Source of the DNA: Candidatus Melainabacteria bacterium 17Bon1m
GTDB taxonomy: Bacteria; Cyanobacteriota; Vampirovibrionia; Obscuribacterales; Obscuribacteraceae
NCBI GenBank assembly: GCA_032128875.1
Contig: JAVLKG010000001.1
Span: forward strand, 857,353 to 921,352
Direction: 5' to 3'
DNA length: 64,000 bases
The translations under genes were made by a program, and so were the position numbers. The notes under the pieces were generated by a model, which searched no databases, was not told where the DNA came from, and saw only the letters and a list, made by a program, of their open reading frames with translations. Below are positions 1-9,818 of this stretch, piece by piece (position 1 is the stretch's first letter; the number at the start of each line of letters is the position of its first letter).

Positions 1-3
1 GCG

Positions 4-1146
4 GTGGCAGAAAAATCAGCGACGTCTTTGCCAACAACTGCGAACTCAGCGGCGCCCTCCGCAAATGCAACTACTACTGCCAGCATGCCCGCTACAAATT
101 CTGCTTCTGTCGGTTTGAGTTCCGCTTCTTCAGCAACTGGTTCACCGCCTGCTGTAAAAACAGCCAAACCAGTTTCCGCTGTGGCTTCATCTGCGCCTAT
201 TCTGCCGCCTGATGTTCCGCAGTACGTTCTACCTATAAAAGGAACAGTTGGCGCAAATAACAAACTTATTTACGCGCCGTGTATTATCGCCGTCAGTCAA
301 GTTCGCTTTGTCGATACAAAAACGAAACTCGATCACGCTGTCTCTCGAACATGGTTGCTACCTGTTCGCGAAGATCCAGTCTTCATTATGATGGATGATG
401 GTACCGAGGAGAAAGTAAAAGTCACCGAGCTAGAGGCAAAACCCTCAACCCCTGCTGATTTTATAAATCCGCCGCAATGGGTTTTTCAGCCAAAACAATA
501 CAAAGCATGGGAGAAGAAATTTCAAGACTGGTTGGTTTTGAAAGAGAAGCATTTTGTGCTGTCGTGCCCGGCGTTCAAAATGTCCTCTCTCAAAGATGAA
601 TCTGAGCGCGACTTTCGTGCACGTGTTTCACAAAAGGCGAAAGAAGAGCGAGACGCAGAAATCGACAAGCTAAGAGCCAAATACCAAGAAAAATTGTCAG
701 CGCTGGAAAATAAGATTCGACTGGCAGAACAAGCCGTTGAGCGTGAGCACGAACAAATGAAGGCGCAAGATATGCAGACTGCAATTTCTGTTGGTGCAAC
801 AGTTTTTGGTGCCATTCTTGGTGGTGGTCGCCGCCGAATCAGCTCTGGGACGCTAGGTCGCGCGACTACTGCGGCAAGAGCAGCGAATCGTTCTGCTTCG
901 AGCAGAGCCGATGTAGAGCGCGCCAACGAAAATCTGGAAGCGCTGAATCAAAAGATGAGCGATATGGAGCAGCAATTTCAATCCGATATTTCAGCGATGC
1001 AGGCGGAGTTAGACAGAGCCGCACAAAGTGTCGAAGTCGTTAATATCGCGCCCAAGAAAACAAATGTTAGCGTGGATGTTTTCTCATTCGCTTGGGCGCC
1101 ATATCAAATCACCGACGGCAAATACGTCCCCCTCTGGCGGCAATAG
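4..1146 (+). CDS. C-terminal part of a probable DUF87/HerA-like ATP-binding protein (5' end outside window)
   Basis: Frame open from window edge; Ala/Ser/Thr linker, then LPPDVPQYVLP, a coiled coil and the MQTAISVGATVFGAILGG..GTLGRATTAARA segment I recall from C-termini of this family. The P-loop itself is not in the window. Confidence 0.5.
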   Translation: MAEKSATSLPTTANSAAPSANATTTASMPATNSASVGLSSASSATGSPPAVKTAKPVSAVASSAPILPPDVPQYVLPIKGTVGANNKLIYAPCIIAVSQVRFVDTKTKLDHAVSRTWLLPVREDPVFIMMDDGTEEKVKVTELEAKPSTPADFINPPQWVFQPKQYKAWEKKFQDWLVLKEKHFVLSCPAFKMSSLKDESERDFRARVSQKAKEERDAEIDKLRAKYQEKLSALENKIRLAEQAVEREHEQMKAQDMQTAISVGATVFGAILGGGRRRISSGTLGRATTAARAANRSASSRADVERANENLEALNQKMSDMEQQFQSDISAMQAELDRAAQSVEVVNIAPKKTNVSVDVFSFAWAPYQITDGKYVPLWRQ

Positions 1147-1247
1147 ATTCCAGCGGACAAGTAGACTAGCTGAGCCCCTTCCAGGCGGCGTGATGGAAAA
1201 CTACCGGGTATTATGGAAATATTACCCCTTGTGTCTCAACACCGCTC

Positions 1248-1946
1248 GTGACTACAGCAGAAACGAAGAGCATAACTCTCGGTTCACGCAATTATGTGAT
1301 TGTTTCTGTGCTGGCTATTTTGCTTGCTATTGTTTCGACTACTCTAATTGTGGGTCTGGAAAGCTATCGAAATTATCTCGAAATCAAAGACATTGCGTTA
1401 AATGTGACTTTGGCAAATGTCGCTGCTGCTCAAAAAGTTTGCCAACAATTTTCGCTGCAATTTGCTCTTGTAAAAATCTTGTATCTGGCTCCAATAGTAA
1501 CGACACTAGGTGTTCTGACCGCTCTTCTTTGGCGACGTGCACTTCCAGCTAGAACCAGACGAGTTTGTCCTGAAGATTGGTTTGCACTCTATCCTATACC
1601 GGCATTAGCTCTGGCTGTCTTTTTTCTGAATCCAACAACGCCGATTACAACTCCATTCAGCTCGGATCTATGGCTCACCCAATACTCACCGGCCTCTAGA
1701 GCGAAGGTAGTCGATTCGCTGCTAAAAACAGTGAATTATCACGGTATGAATGTATCTGATTTACGTGTTCTGCTTGGAGTTCCTGACCAACAGCAGGATT
1801 TGCTAAACAAGTCCGGTCGCATTGGCTATTCAATTGGCGAAAACGGTCGGCGATTCCTGTACTTCTACTTCGATGAGAAGCAAAAGGTGACAGACGCCAG
1901 AATAGTCGATAACCAAACTACGAAAAAATGGCTTGGAATCGATTAG
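1248..1946 (+). CDS. Hypothetical membrane protein
   Basis: About 3 hydrophobic segments, then a small soluble domain (LLGVPD...FLYFYFDEKQKV) reminiscent of the SmpA/BamE fold. Confidence 0.6.
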   Translation: MTTAETKSITLGSRNYVIVSVLAILLAIVSTTLIVGLESYRNYLEIKDIALNVTLANVAAAQKVCQQFSLQFALVKILYLAPIVTTLGVLTALLWRRALPARTRRVCPEDWFALYPIPALALAVFFLNPTTPITTPFSSDLWLTQYSPASRAKVVDSLLKTVNYHGMNVSDLRVLLGVPDQQQDLLNKSGRIGYSIGENGRRFLYFYFDEKQKVTDARIVDNQTTKKWLGID

Positions 1947-1986
1947 GTGTTTTACGGCGGAACTAGTTCTGTTTGGTGTTAAATAG

Positions 1987-3039
1987 TTAGCTAGCCATGG
2001 CGGCTTTGAAGTCGCGGGCGAATTTTTCGATGGTTTGATGGCGTTTGTCCGGCGATTTTTCCAATGCTTTGAGAATTACCTGGTCGACGTATTGATTGAT
2101 GCGCACACCTGGTGTCACCGCGGATGGTGCGGTGGGTTTCTTTGTCAAATGCTTTTGACGAATGTCGAGACCGTTGGCGCCTTCAAATGGCGCAATGCCT
2201 GAGAGCGCTTCGTACAGGATGCAGCCTAGCGAATAGATGTCGGAGCGGTCGTCCAATGGCTCGCCCATCATGCTCTCGGGGCTGACGTAAAGAATGCCTC
2301 GCGCTGTATCGCTGAAATTCAAGTCCGGCGGATCTTCCTGCTTTATGCCAAGCGATTGTGAGCGCGAGAAATCGATGAGCGTCACGATGTCGGCACTTCC
2401 TGCCGGCGTGAGTAACAAGTGGTTTGGCGTGAGTGAGCCGTGAATCTTCATCAATTGATGCACAGCCGAAAGTGCGTCGCATACTTGAGCGAAGGCAACC
2501 GAGATTCGCTTCGGATCAACTTTCCTGTCTTGTTTCATCAGGTCGGCCAAGCTCATGCCCTCGACCCACTTGAGCGCCATAAATTGCGTTCCTTCCTTGG
2601 TGATGCCAAAGTCGTGAATGCTGATTATGTGCGGATGAGTCAACGAACTGAGCAAGTAACCTTCATTTTGGAAGCGCGTGTTGATATTTTTGTCGTTCTT
2701 GTGTTCGGCGTGCAAAACCTTGAATGCGACGACTCGATTGGCGTGAACATCACGTGCTTTGTAAACGCAGCAATGCTGTCCGACTTTTGGCGTCGAGAGG
2801 ATCGTGTATTTATCAGCAACTGTTTGTCCGACCGAGTAGCCAGTTGCCGCTGGCATTGCTCCGCCGGCTGAAGGCGACGAGAGCACCCCGCCGTCAAAGG
2901 GGCAATATTCTAAATCAGCGCCATATACTCGTTCGCAGTTAGGACACTTCTTTTCCTGACTCTGTTCGACTGACAACGCTCCCACCTCTAACCATCGTTT
3001 TTTTTCAAGCGCGATTAAATCCATCGCGATATTAGTCAC
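1987..3039 (-). CDS. Ser/Thr protein kinase-like protein (probable pseudokinase) with N-terminal zinc ribbon
   Basis: CPNC..CPFDG ribbon; VAFK, HPHII, YVSPE, SDIYSLGCILYE motifs; catalytic loop reads HGSLTPNH and DFG reads DFS. Confidence 0.85.
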   Translation of the reverse strand: MTNIAMDLIALEKKRWLEVGALSVEQSQEKKCPNCERVYGADLEYCPFDGGVLSSPSAGGAMPAATGYSVGQTVADKYTILSTPKVGQHCCVYKARDVHANRVVAFKVLHAEHKNDKNINTRFQNEGYLLSSLTHPHIISIHDFGITKEGTQFMALKWVEGMSLADLMKQDRKVDPKRISVAFAQVCDALSAVHQLMKIHGSLTPNHLLLTPAGSADIVTLIDFSRSQSLGIKQEDPPDLNFSDTARGILYVSPESMMGEPLDDRSDIYSLGCILYEALSGIAPFEGANGLDIRQKHLTKKPTAPSAVTPGVRINQYVDQVILKALEKSPDKRHQTIEKFARDFKAAMAS

Positions 3040-3101
3040 AAGAGGACCAATACAAAAAATTCCCGTTATTTAGAGTTTTAATCTAATTGTTTATAGAAAT
3101 C

Positions 3102-3174
3102 TAGGGTTAGAGGGATTCGAACCCTCTTCTCCGGTTTGAGAGACCGGCGTCCTTTCCGGGTAGACGATAACCCC
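3102..3174 (-). tRNA. tRNA-Glu (anticodon CTC)
   Basis: Minus strand GGGGTTATCGTCTACCCGGAAAGGACGCCGGTCTCTCAAACCGGAGAAGAGGGTTCGAATCCCTCTAACCCTA folds as a cloverleaf: anticodon stem CCGGT/ACCGG with loop CT-CTC-AA, T arm GAGGG-TTCGAAT-CCCTC; CCA not encoded. Confidence 0.92.
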
Positions 3175-3250
3175 AAGCGAAAATTCTTCTTGTGCTTCGA
3201 TGTCGCTCGGGCGGCAAGGAATCGCAAGCAAATAATCTGCCTTCGAACAT

Positions 3251-3361
3251 GCAGGTGCGACACTATGCATCGACTGGCGACGCATATCATTGTTCAGGCG
3301 GCGCGATGCATTAACCGACCCTGCACATCATCAGCCGGACGATGCGCTGCATCGCCCCTAC
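3251..3361. repeat. Cluster of GTAG-type REP-like palindromes
   Basis: Minus strand GTAG-GGGCGATGC-AGC-GCATCGTCC (3337-3361) plus degenerate GCAG-led copies in both orientations. Confidence 0.5.
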
Positions 3362-3404
3362 CGTTGATGGGACTGAGAGACACGCATGGCGCGAGCGTGT
3401 GAAT

Positions 3405-4697
3405 TTAACTGACGACTTTGTCTTTCTTTGGTTCCCAAGTCGCTTGCTTCGTGGGCTGCACAGCCAGGTTGGAAACAGCGGGCAGGTCGTGAATTGTTCG
3501 CTGGATTTGACGTTTTGCTTGAGTTTTCCAGCCGAATTTTTGGATGATTTCCGGCAAGCTCGAACCACTCCATTGCCAGTGGTGGAGAGCCACGATAGCT
3601 TGTTCTACCGAAAGAGCGCCTTCATCAATCATTGCCTGGCAGCGCACTGCAATGTGCAGCGTGGCTTCTGATATTTGACCGGCGTTGAGAAGAATTTCGT
3701 CAAACGGCTTGACCTTGCGACCATCGTCGACAATCGCTCTTCTTAGAGCATCGTCGCTGAGCAGTCCGGCGAGTTTGAGCAAGTCCACAAGTCCAATCAA
3801 GTTGGTTGTCTTGAACTGTGCTTTGCTGACTTCGCTCATGCAAGTCTCTGCAGTCCAGCCGTGTTGATGGATGAGGCTGAGTGCTTCGGATGCTTCTTCC
3901 GTGGTCATGTTTTCTGAGCGAACCATCTCCTGCAAGCCCAGGGCCGCATCGAGAACGGCTTCGTTAATGAACCCTGATTGCATAAGAGCCTGTCCGATCA
4001 ACATATCGACCGACAGTGCGAATTCGAGAGCTGTGATCAGGTCTGTTTCGGAGACAACATCTGCCAAAACCAGCAGTTCGCCCAGGCGAATATTTGGTCT
4101 TTCAGGAAGTTTGTAACCGGCTGCCATGATCGCTGCATCAAGGTTGAAGTCCTTGTCTTTTGCACCTTTGAGGATGGTAACCGCATCTTCGCGCGCAATC
4201 TCTCCGTCGCGAATGAGCGACTGCATGGTCAGAGCTGCTTGAACGACCGAGCTGCTGAGGAAGTTTTTCAAAACGAGAATGCGTCCCAGTGGCAAACCTA
4301 AGTGAGTACTGGTGTGCATTGCATCATCGACTTGCTTGCGCGAGATCAATTCTGCGCCGACCAAAAGGTCGCCCAGCTTGTTTGTGTTGTCGGTGACGTC
4401 TTCGAGTGCGCCTAGATATTCGAGAGAGTCGGTCAGACTCAATCTGCGAGCGGCGGCAACTTCAACCGCACGAACTGCTGTTTCCAGGGTGAGCAGTTTG
4501 TCTCTCACCAACGATTGCGCAAGGATGGCAGCTTTGAGCGTGTCATTTCTAATGATGTCCAGCATCACCAGTACACGCCCAATGGGCAGCCCACTTTGTC
4601 CGGACACCTTCATCGCGTTTGCGAGGTCCTCGACTGTGACGAGCTTGGCTCGTCTGAGGAGTTCGCCGATTAACATCGATTCGCCTGGTTTAATCAT
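3405..4697 (-). CDS. Protein made of tandem MshEN-like (GspE N-terminal-type) repeats; putative c-di-GMP receptor
   Basis: Repeated (R/K/L)LGxLLxxxxxxxxxxLxxAL motifs: IGELL, IGRVL, KLGDLL, LGRIL, RLGELL, IGQAL..GFI..LDAALGLQ; no ATPase domain. Confidence 0.7.
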   Translation of the reverse strand: MIKPGESMLIGELLRRAKLVTVEDLANAMKVSGQSGLPIGRVLVMLDIIRNDTLKAAILAQSLVRDKLLTLETAVRAVEVAAARRLSLTDSLEYLGALEDVTDNTNKLGDLLVGAELISRKQVDDAMHTSTHLGLPLGRILVLKNFLSSSVVQAALTMQSLIRDGEIAREDAVTILKGAKDKDFNLDAAIMAAGYKLPERPNIRLGELLVLADVVSETDLITALEFALSVDMLIGQALMQSGFINEAVLDAALGLQEMVRSENMTTEEASEALSLIHQHGWTAETCMSEVSKAQFKTTNLIGLVDLLKLAGLLSDDALRRAIVDDGRKVKPFDEILLNAGQISEATLHIAVRCQAMIDEGALSVEQAIVALHHWQWSGSSLPEIIQKFGWKTQAKRQIQRTIHDLPAVSNLAVQPTKQATWEPKKDKVVS

Positions 4698-4902
4698 GTT
4701 CTACTCTTCCTGAGGGCACGGAGAGACAAAAGTTGCAACGCCAATCACTAAGGTCTTTAACGGTCGCCCGCATGACATTTAGGAATGGCACCCGACATAA
4801 AAGCTGCAAAAATTGCAGACAGTGACCGTAATACAATCATGCGTGGCTGACGGCAACCCTCGGTATAGTTTTGCCTGTAATTCGTATAGGGGCTGACTAT
4901 AT

Positions 4903-5499
4903 TTAGGTGACGCTTTCGAGAGCGTTCTTCATTGCGATCGCTGCGCTATCGGTCGGATCGGCCTCGAGGGCACGTCTGACGCATTCTTTCGCGCCGTTAA
5001 AATCCAGGTCCATACCCTTGGCTGCAGCCAAGTGCAGCCATCCGTTGACGTAGTCGGGGTTAATCTCCAGAGCCCGGGAAAGCAAGTCCCGCGCCTCTTT
5101 GGTGAGATTTTCCTGTAGATAGAGTACGGACAAGTTGCCGTAAGGCCATTCGAAGTCGGGAAATTCTCTTATAAGGGCTTTAAATGTCTCTTTGGCGCCC
5201 TCGCAGTCGCCCAGCGCCATCTGGTTAAAGCCTTCAATATTTCGCTGTTCTGCTAAAAGAGGTACCGGAAAGCGGGGAAGCTTGGTTTTTAGGAAACGAC
5301 CGGCAGTTATCGCTATCTCTGATTCAGGCTCGAGCTCTTGCGCGAAAACCAGCGCATCTCTCGCCTGCTCCGTCCAACCCATGGACTTATATTTGATTCC
5401 CAGGTCGTAATATTCGGCGGCAGAAAGTCCTTCAGGGACTTCTCTTGGAGGTAGTTCCATTTGTCTTCTTCCATGGGTGGCCGGGTCTTCCCGAACCAT
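4903..5499 (-). CDS. TPR-repeat protein
   Basis: YGNLSVLY..A..LLSRALEINPDY, ALEADP TPR patterns. Confidence 0.85.
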   Translation of the reverse strand: MVREDPATHGRRQMELPPREVPEGLSAAEYYDLGIKYKSMGWTEQARDALVFAQELEPESEIAITAGRFLKTKLPRFPVPLLAEQRNIEGFNQMALGDCEGAKETFKALIREFPDFEWPYGNLSVLYLQENLTKEARDLLSRALEINPDYVNGWLHLAAAKGMDLDFNGAKECVRRALEADPTDSAAIAMKNALESVT

Positions 5500-5557
5500 A
5501 ATGTCAATTGTAATGTCTAAACAGATACTTTGGTCGTGTTCAGATCCGGTATCTGAC

Positions 5558-6058
5558 CTAGAGCTCGAGGGCGCTCGTTTTCACGATATATCGCAAACTT
5601 TTGCAAATCTCTTCCATCTGTTCTTCTTTTAAGCCTGGCTCGACCGGATAAGACATAATGCCGCGTCCACGAAAGTATCGGGGCAGGCTATCGGTGCGCG
5701 GGATGACGTGAACATGAAAATGCGGCACGGCTTCGCCCAGGGAAAACGTATAAATGCGCTCTGCGCCGGTCAGTTTTCGAATCAGGGACATCACCTGCTT
5801 GAGCAATCCGCCGTAACCAGTCGCCTCCTCATCCGTCGCCTCTGTCAGGTCAAGGATGTGACGTCTTGCTTCGATGACAAGATAGCCAAGAATGTTGGTC
5901 TCGCGCGAATGCCTAACAACAAAGCTCTTGGTCTCGAGAATGATGTCTCGAGTGGGTTGCTCTTCTTGTCGTTTGCAAATCAAGCACTGGGCGTCTTTGG
6001 TCATCTGGGGCGTCCTTTTCGGGGCAGCGGAGACTCTATAATATGGGCTGCGCGACAT
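5558..6058 (-). CDS. HIT family hydrolase
   Basis: CLIC zinc motif and histidine triad VPHFHVHVIPR; start may be the ATG at 6004. Confidence 0.88.
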   Translation of the reverse strand: MSRSPYYRVSAAPKRTPQMTKDAQCLICKRQEEQPTRDIILETKSFVVRHSRETNILGYLVIEARRHILDLTEATDEEATGYGGLLKQVMSLIRKLTGAERIYTFSLGEAVPHFHVHVIPRTDSLPRYFRGRGIMSYPVEPGLKEEQMEEICKSLRYIVKTSALEL

Positions 6059-6087
6059 ATGTTAGATCGTCGGACAGAAGAAAAGAT

Positions 6088-7842
6088 ATGCTTATTTGTT
6101 ATCAAGAAGTTCGTTTGCCCAGGGCTTTCACACTGATACTACTGGCGGTGCTCTTCTGGGCTGCATCCGGAAATCTGTCTGCATTTGCCGACGAAATTAC
6201 AAGCTTCGATGCCACCATAGAAGTTCAACCTGATGCATCGCTCGATGTTCACGAAGATCTTACGGTTAAATTCGATACGCCAAACCGGCATGGCATCAAG
6301 CGTTTCATTCCTGTGGTCTACGATCGCAAGCACAACAATTACACGATTGATCTTAAGTTGGCCGGAGTAACCGGAACGGATGGGAAGTATGTCCCATTCA
6401 AGACCAATCGGCAGGGCCGAGACTTCTTTATTATCATCGGCGATCCGAAGAAATCGGTTATGGGATTGCAGCAGTACCATATTCATTACACGGTTCGGCG
6501 TGCCATCAACTTCTTCGACGATGCTCCTGAAATTTACTGGAACGTAACCGGCAATGAATCACATATGCCGATTGATAAAGTGGTGGCGCGGGTGGTGTTT
6601 CCCCCAGTGTCCCAAAAAGGCGAAATCCTAGCAAAAGCGTTTATCGGAGAAGAAGGTTCTACAAAAACTTCCCCTTATTCTCTGGAGTTAGGTAGCGCTA
6701 CTTTTACTTGCGGAAAGCTCGAGCCAGGAGAAGGTTTGACCGTTGTGGTCGGCTTACCTGCAGGGCACGTCAACAAGCCTACTCAGTGGCAGGAGTTTCT
6801 TTACCTTGCGGCTGACTGGTGGCCGCTTGTGGTTTTGCCGGCAATTACACTTTCGGTTTGTTTCAACTTGTGGTGGTTTTTGGGCCGCGATGCTGTGAAG
6901 CGTCAAGCTGTTGCAGTCGACTGGGAACCGCCTAAAGACTTATCTCCGGCTGAAGTCGGCACACTCGTTGACGAGCAATGTGATTTGTCCGATATGGTTT
7001 CGACTGTTGTTGATTTGGCTGCCAGAGGCTATTTGACGATTCGCGAATTTAAGACCGAGTCGCTTTTCTTCCTGCGCAACAAGGACTATGAATTCACCAG
7101 ACTGCCTCACAATGATCGGCAGGACAAATCTCCGCTCAATTCATTTGAGCAATTATTCCTGAATGCGCTGTTCAAAAAGGGTTACTTTCAGACAGATACT
7201 GTGCGCCTTTCGGAATTGAAGTATAAGTTTTACCTTGATATGAAGCAGATCGAGAAAGGCATTTATCAATCGCTGATTAATAAGGGTATGTTTTTGCAAA
7301 GTCCTGATGAGGTGAGGCAGAGCTGGATTTGCATCGGTGTCATTATGTTCATTCTTTCGTTTATCCTGGGACCGATTCAATCTTCGTACGGCATAGGAAT
7401 GATATTTTCCTCGATTATCGTTCTCTGCTTCTCTCGAACCATGCCTGCGCGCACGCGAAAAGGATGCGAGGCACTCTACCAATGCCTCGGGTTTCAGCGC
7501 TTCGTAAAACTGGCTGAGAAGGAAAGAATCAAGAAGCTCGTCACCGATGATCCGACAATCTTCGGACGTTTGCTGCCTTATGCCATGGTCTTGGGTGCAG
7601 CGGATCAATGGGCAGAAGCCTTTAAAGACCTTGTTGTCTCGCCGCCCGACTGGTACATATCGAGTGGGTCGAGATTTCAAACTTACTCATTCGTGCGTGA
7701 CATCGGGGACAGCACACGCACAATGGGGCAAACTTTTACCTCTATGCCATCATCATCTTCCTCGGCTGGGTCGGGTGGCAGCGGATTTAGTGGTGGTTCT
7801 TCCGGCGGGGGCTTTGGAGGTGGGGGAACCAGCAGTTGGTGA
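6088..7842 (+). CDS. DUF2207 family membrane protein
   Basis: Signal-like N-terminus, I.SFDA.I.V..D.SL.V.E, YWNVTGN, LSPAEVG.LVD, DLAARGYL, LLPYAMVLG, Gly/Ser tail ending SW; start uncertain (6043/6088/6115). Confidence 0.88.
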   Translation: MLICYQEVRLPRAFTLILLAVLFWAASGNLSAFADEITSFDATIEVQPDASLDVHEDLTVKFDTPNRHGIKRFIPVVYDRKHNNYTIDLKLAGVTGTDGKYVPFKTNRQGRDFFIIIGDPKKSVMGLQQYHIHYTVRRAINFFDDAPEIYWNVTGNESHMPIDKVVARVVFPPVSQKGEILAKAFIGEEGSTKTSPYSLELGSATFTCGKLEPGEGLTVVVGLPAGHVNKPTQWQEFLYLAADWWPLVVLPAITLSVCFNLWWFLGRDAVKRQAVAVDWEPPKDLSPAEVGTLVDEQCDLSDMVSTVVDLAARGYLTIREFKTESLFFLRNKDYEFTRLPHNDRQDKSPLNSFEQLFLNALFKKGYFQTDTVRLSELKYKFYLDMKQIEKGIYQSLINKGMFLQSPDEVRQSWICIGVIMFILSFILGPIQSSYGIGMIFSSIIVLCFSRTMPARTRKGCEALYQCLGFQRFVKLAEKERIKKLVTDDPTIFGRLLPYAMVLGAADQWAEAFKDLVVSPPDWYISSGSRFQTYSFVRDIGDSTRTMGQTFTSMPSSSSSAGSGGSGFSGGSSGGGFGGGGTSSW

Positions 7843-8110
7843 CTTTATCAGCCTGAAAAACCACCTAACATGCGGAAATTTCACCAAATTTATCGGCAGC
7901 TTCTTTTGTCTTCGATTGCCGAAAAGATGCGCAAACGCCCTCGCTTGGCTGAATAGCGGGATTGCGGGGGGCTGCGAAGACGGGATGTCAGTGTTTTCGA
8001 GCATTGTTTAGAAAGTCCCAGTAAGATGGAAAAAAGGCTATAGCCCTGTGGGATTTGACCGATCCCCGGAAGGAAGCATGGACGTTTGCGGTTAGGAGCG
8101 CTTAGTAACG

Positions 8111-9136
8111 ATGGTGATAGAAAGAGAACTACCAAGGTTAAAGACCAGATACAAATGGAGTCTTGCACTCTTGTCTCTGGGATTGGCATTTATGCCATCG
8201 GCATTTGCGCAGGACGAAGGTCCTTCGGTGACCTTGATGAAGTATGTCGGCAAAGCGCAAGAAGCAATGCGCGCCGGTCGCAATCAGGAAGCTCGCGATG
8301 AGTTTCGCAAAGCAATCGGTTTGGCACCGAAAACGCCAGAGTATTACATCGGTTTGTCCGATGCTTGCTATGCAATGAAGGAATACGATCAAGTCGCATT
8401 CGCCTTGCAGAAGGTTATAGAACTGAATCCGGCCATGAAAGATGAGTGCTCCGGCGAATACGGCGAAGCACTTTTCCATTTGGGCCGCTATGACGAAGCG
8501 ATTCCATATTTGAAAGCAGGACTTCGCTACATCGATTCGCCTGCTGCTAAAGCAAGAAGAACGGCAATTGCTGCCGCTCCTCCGGTTTCTGTCCCCTCGA
8601 CGCCTCCTGCGTCAGTATTGAGTGCGGCGGCATCGACCCAGCCACACGACACAAAACCGATACCTCTGGCAACAGAAAATCCGGCATCAGCAGAGGGTTG
8701 GCACTCAATCGCTACCAAGCATCACGAAGTCGATATCAACAAAGCTAACCAAACTTTGGCTGGTGCAATTCGTTGCGAAGGTATCGTGATCGCCGAGTAT
8801 CAGGGCTATGAGAAGCGTGACAACATCAACTTCTTCCATCCACCCAAAGCAAAATTCAGAATCACCAAAATCTTGAAGGGACCGCCCCTCAACAAAGATC
8901 TGCCTGTTCGCTACGAGTTCAAAGAGCGTTCTTCGACCTCTGGTGCGCCTGCGGGTTGGAAATTCTCAGATGACAAAATGCCAGCGAAAGGCAGCCCATG
9001 GATTATCTTCCTTGAGTGGTGCACGCCGCGCGATGGAATGTTTGACACTTATGAAGGGTCGTTCGGCAGATTGCCCGCCGATGACGAAAACCTGAACAAA
9101 GTGTACGCGGAGCTTGAGAAGCACAGCAACCGCTAG
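8111..9136 (+). CDS. Exported TPR protein with C-terminal beta-rich domain
   Basis: Signal peptide (..SAFAQ), three TPRs, Pro/Ala linker. Confidence 0.75.
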   Translation: MVIERELPRLKTRYKWSLALLSLGLAFMPSAFAQDEGPSVTLMKYVGKAQEAMRAGRNQEARDEFRKAIGLAPKTPEYYIGLSDACYAMKEYDQVAFALQKVIELNPAMKDECSGEYGEALFHLGRYDEAIPYLKAGLRYIDSPAAKARRTAIAAAPPVSVPSTPPASVLSAAASTQPHDTKPIPLATENPASAEGWHSIATKHHEVDINKANQTLAGAIRCEGIVIAEYQGYEKRDNINFFHPPKAKFRITKILKGPPLNKDLPVRYEFKERSSTSGAPAGWKFSDDKMPAKGSPWIIFLEWCTPRDGMFDTYEGSFGRLPADDENLNKVYAELEKHSNR

Positions 9137-9183
9137 ACATTGCTGAGCAGTTTCTTCTGATTTGAATTTGGAGGTTTTGTAAA

Positions 9184-9681
9184 ATGATTTTTCCAGCCCG
9201 TCCCCTCAGCCTTGGACTAGCGCTGGCGCTCAGCGTCTCGACACTCTTGGTCGGCAATGTTTCGTATGCCCAAAACAGCAAAAAAGTTGAATGGCATCGT
9301 TGCCTTATCTCGATCTACAAGTCCAAGAACCAAGTGCCTCAAGCATGCGAAGAGTATGCTGCGCTTGTAAATCTTGATCCAAAGGATGCACAGATTCGCT
9401 TCGAATATGGTGCCTACCTTCATAAGATGGGTCGAGTCAAAGACGCCATTGTTCAGTATCGCAAGGCGGCAGATATGAATCCTTCCAATCCTGACTATCA
9501 GGGCGCGGTTGGTGATGCTCTTGTCTCCTTGAAAGACTATTCGAGCGCAGTTGCGTACTATCAGAAAGCTGGCCCGAAATATGCCGGCAAGCTGTCTACG
9601 ACGTCTGCGTATGTGCAACAGCTCCGCCAAATCAATCAGTACAATGCTGAAATCAAAAAGCGTGCTGCTGAAGACGAATAG
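9184..9681 (+). CDS. Exported TPR protein
   Basis: Signal peptide, YGAYLHKMGR..AIVQYRKAADMNP TPRs. Confidence 0.8.
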   Translation: MIFPARPLSLGLALALSVSTLLVGNVSYAQNSKKVEWHRCLISIYKSKNQVPQACEEYAALVNLDPKDAQIRFEYGAYLHKMGRVKDAIVQYRKAADMNPSNPDYQGAVGDALVSLKDYSSAVAYYQKAGPKYAGKLSTTSAYVQQLRQINQYNAEIKKRAAEDE

Positions 9682-9709
9682 TTTGATATAGACGTAGCTA
9701 CAGATGATT

Positions 9710-9739
9710 TAAACGGGCGGCAGATTGTCGCCCGTTTTT
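9710..9739 (+). terminator. Intrinsic terminator (possibly bidirectional)
   Basis: AAACGGGCGGCA-GAT-TGTCGCCCGTTT hairpin followed by a T-run, between convergent genes. Confidence 0.75.
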
Positions 9740-9818
9740 GCTCGTCATCTCTGAGCCGACGCACCACTTGCGCCTTGTTCAAAATGAGGGCAGCAGGCAA
9801 TTGTGTCAGAACCTGAAC

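Noticed and set aside
2950-3200. tRNA as an integration site for a prophage or island
   Set aside because: No integrase, phage genes or duplicated tRNA 3' end seen
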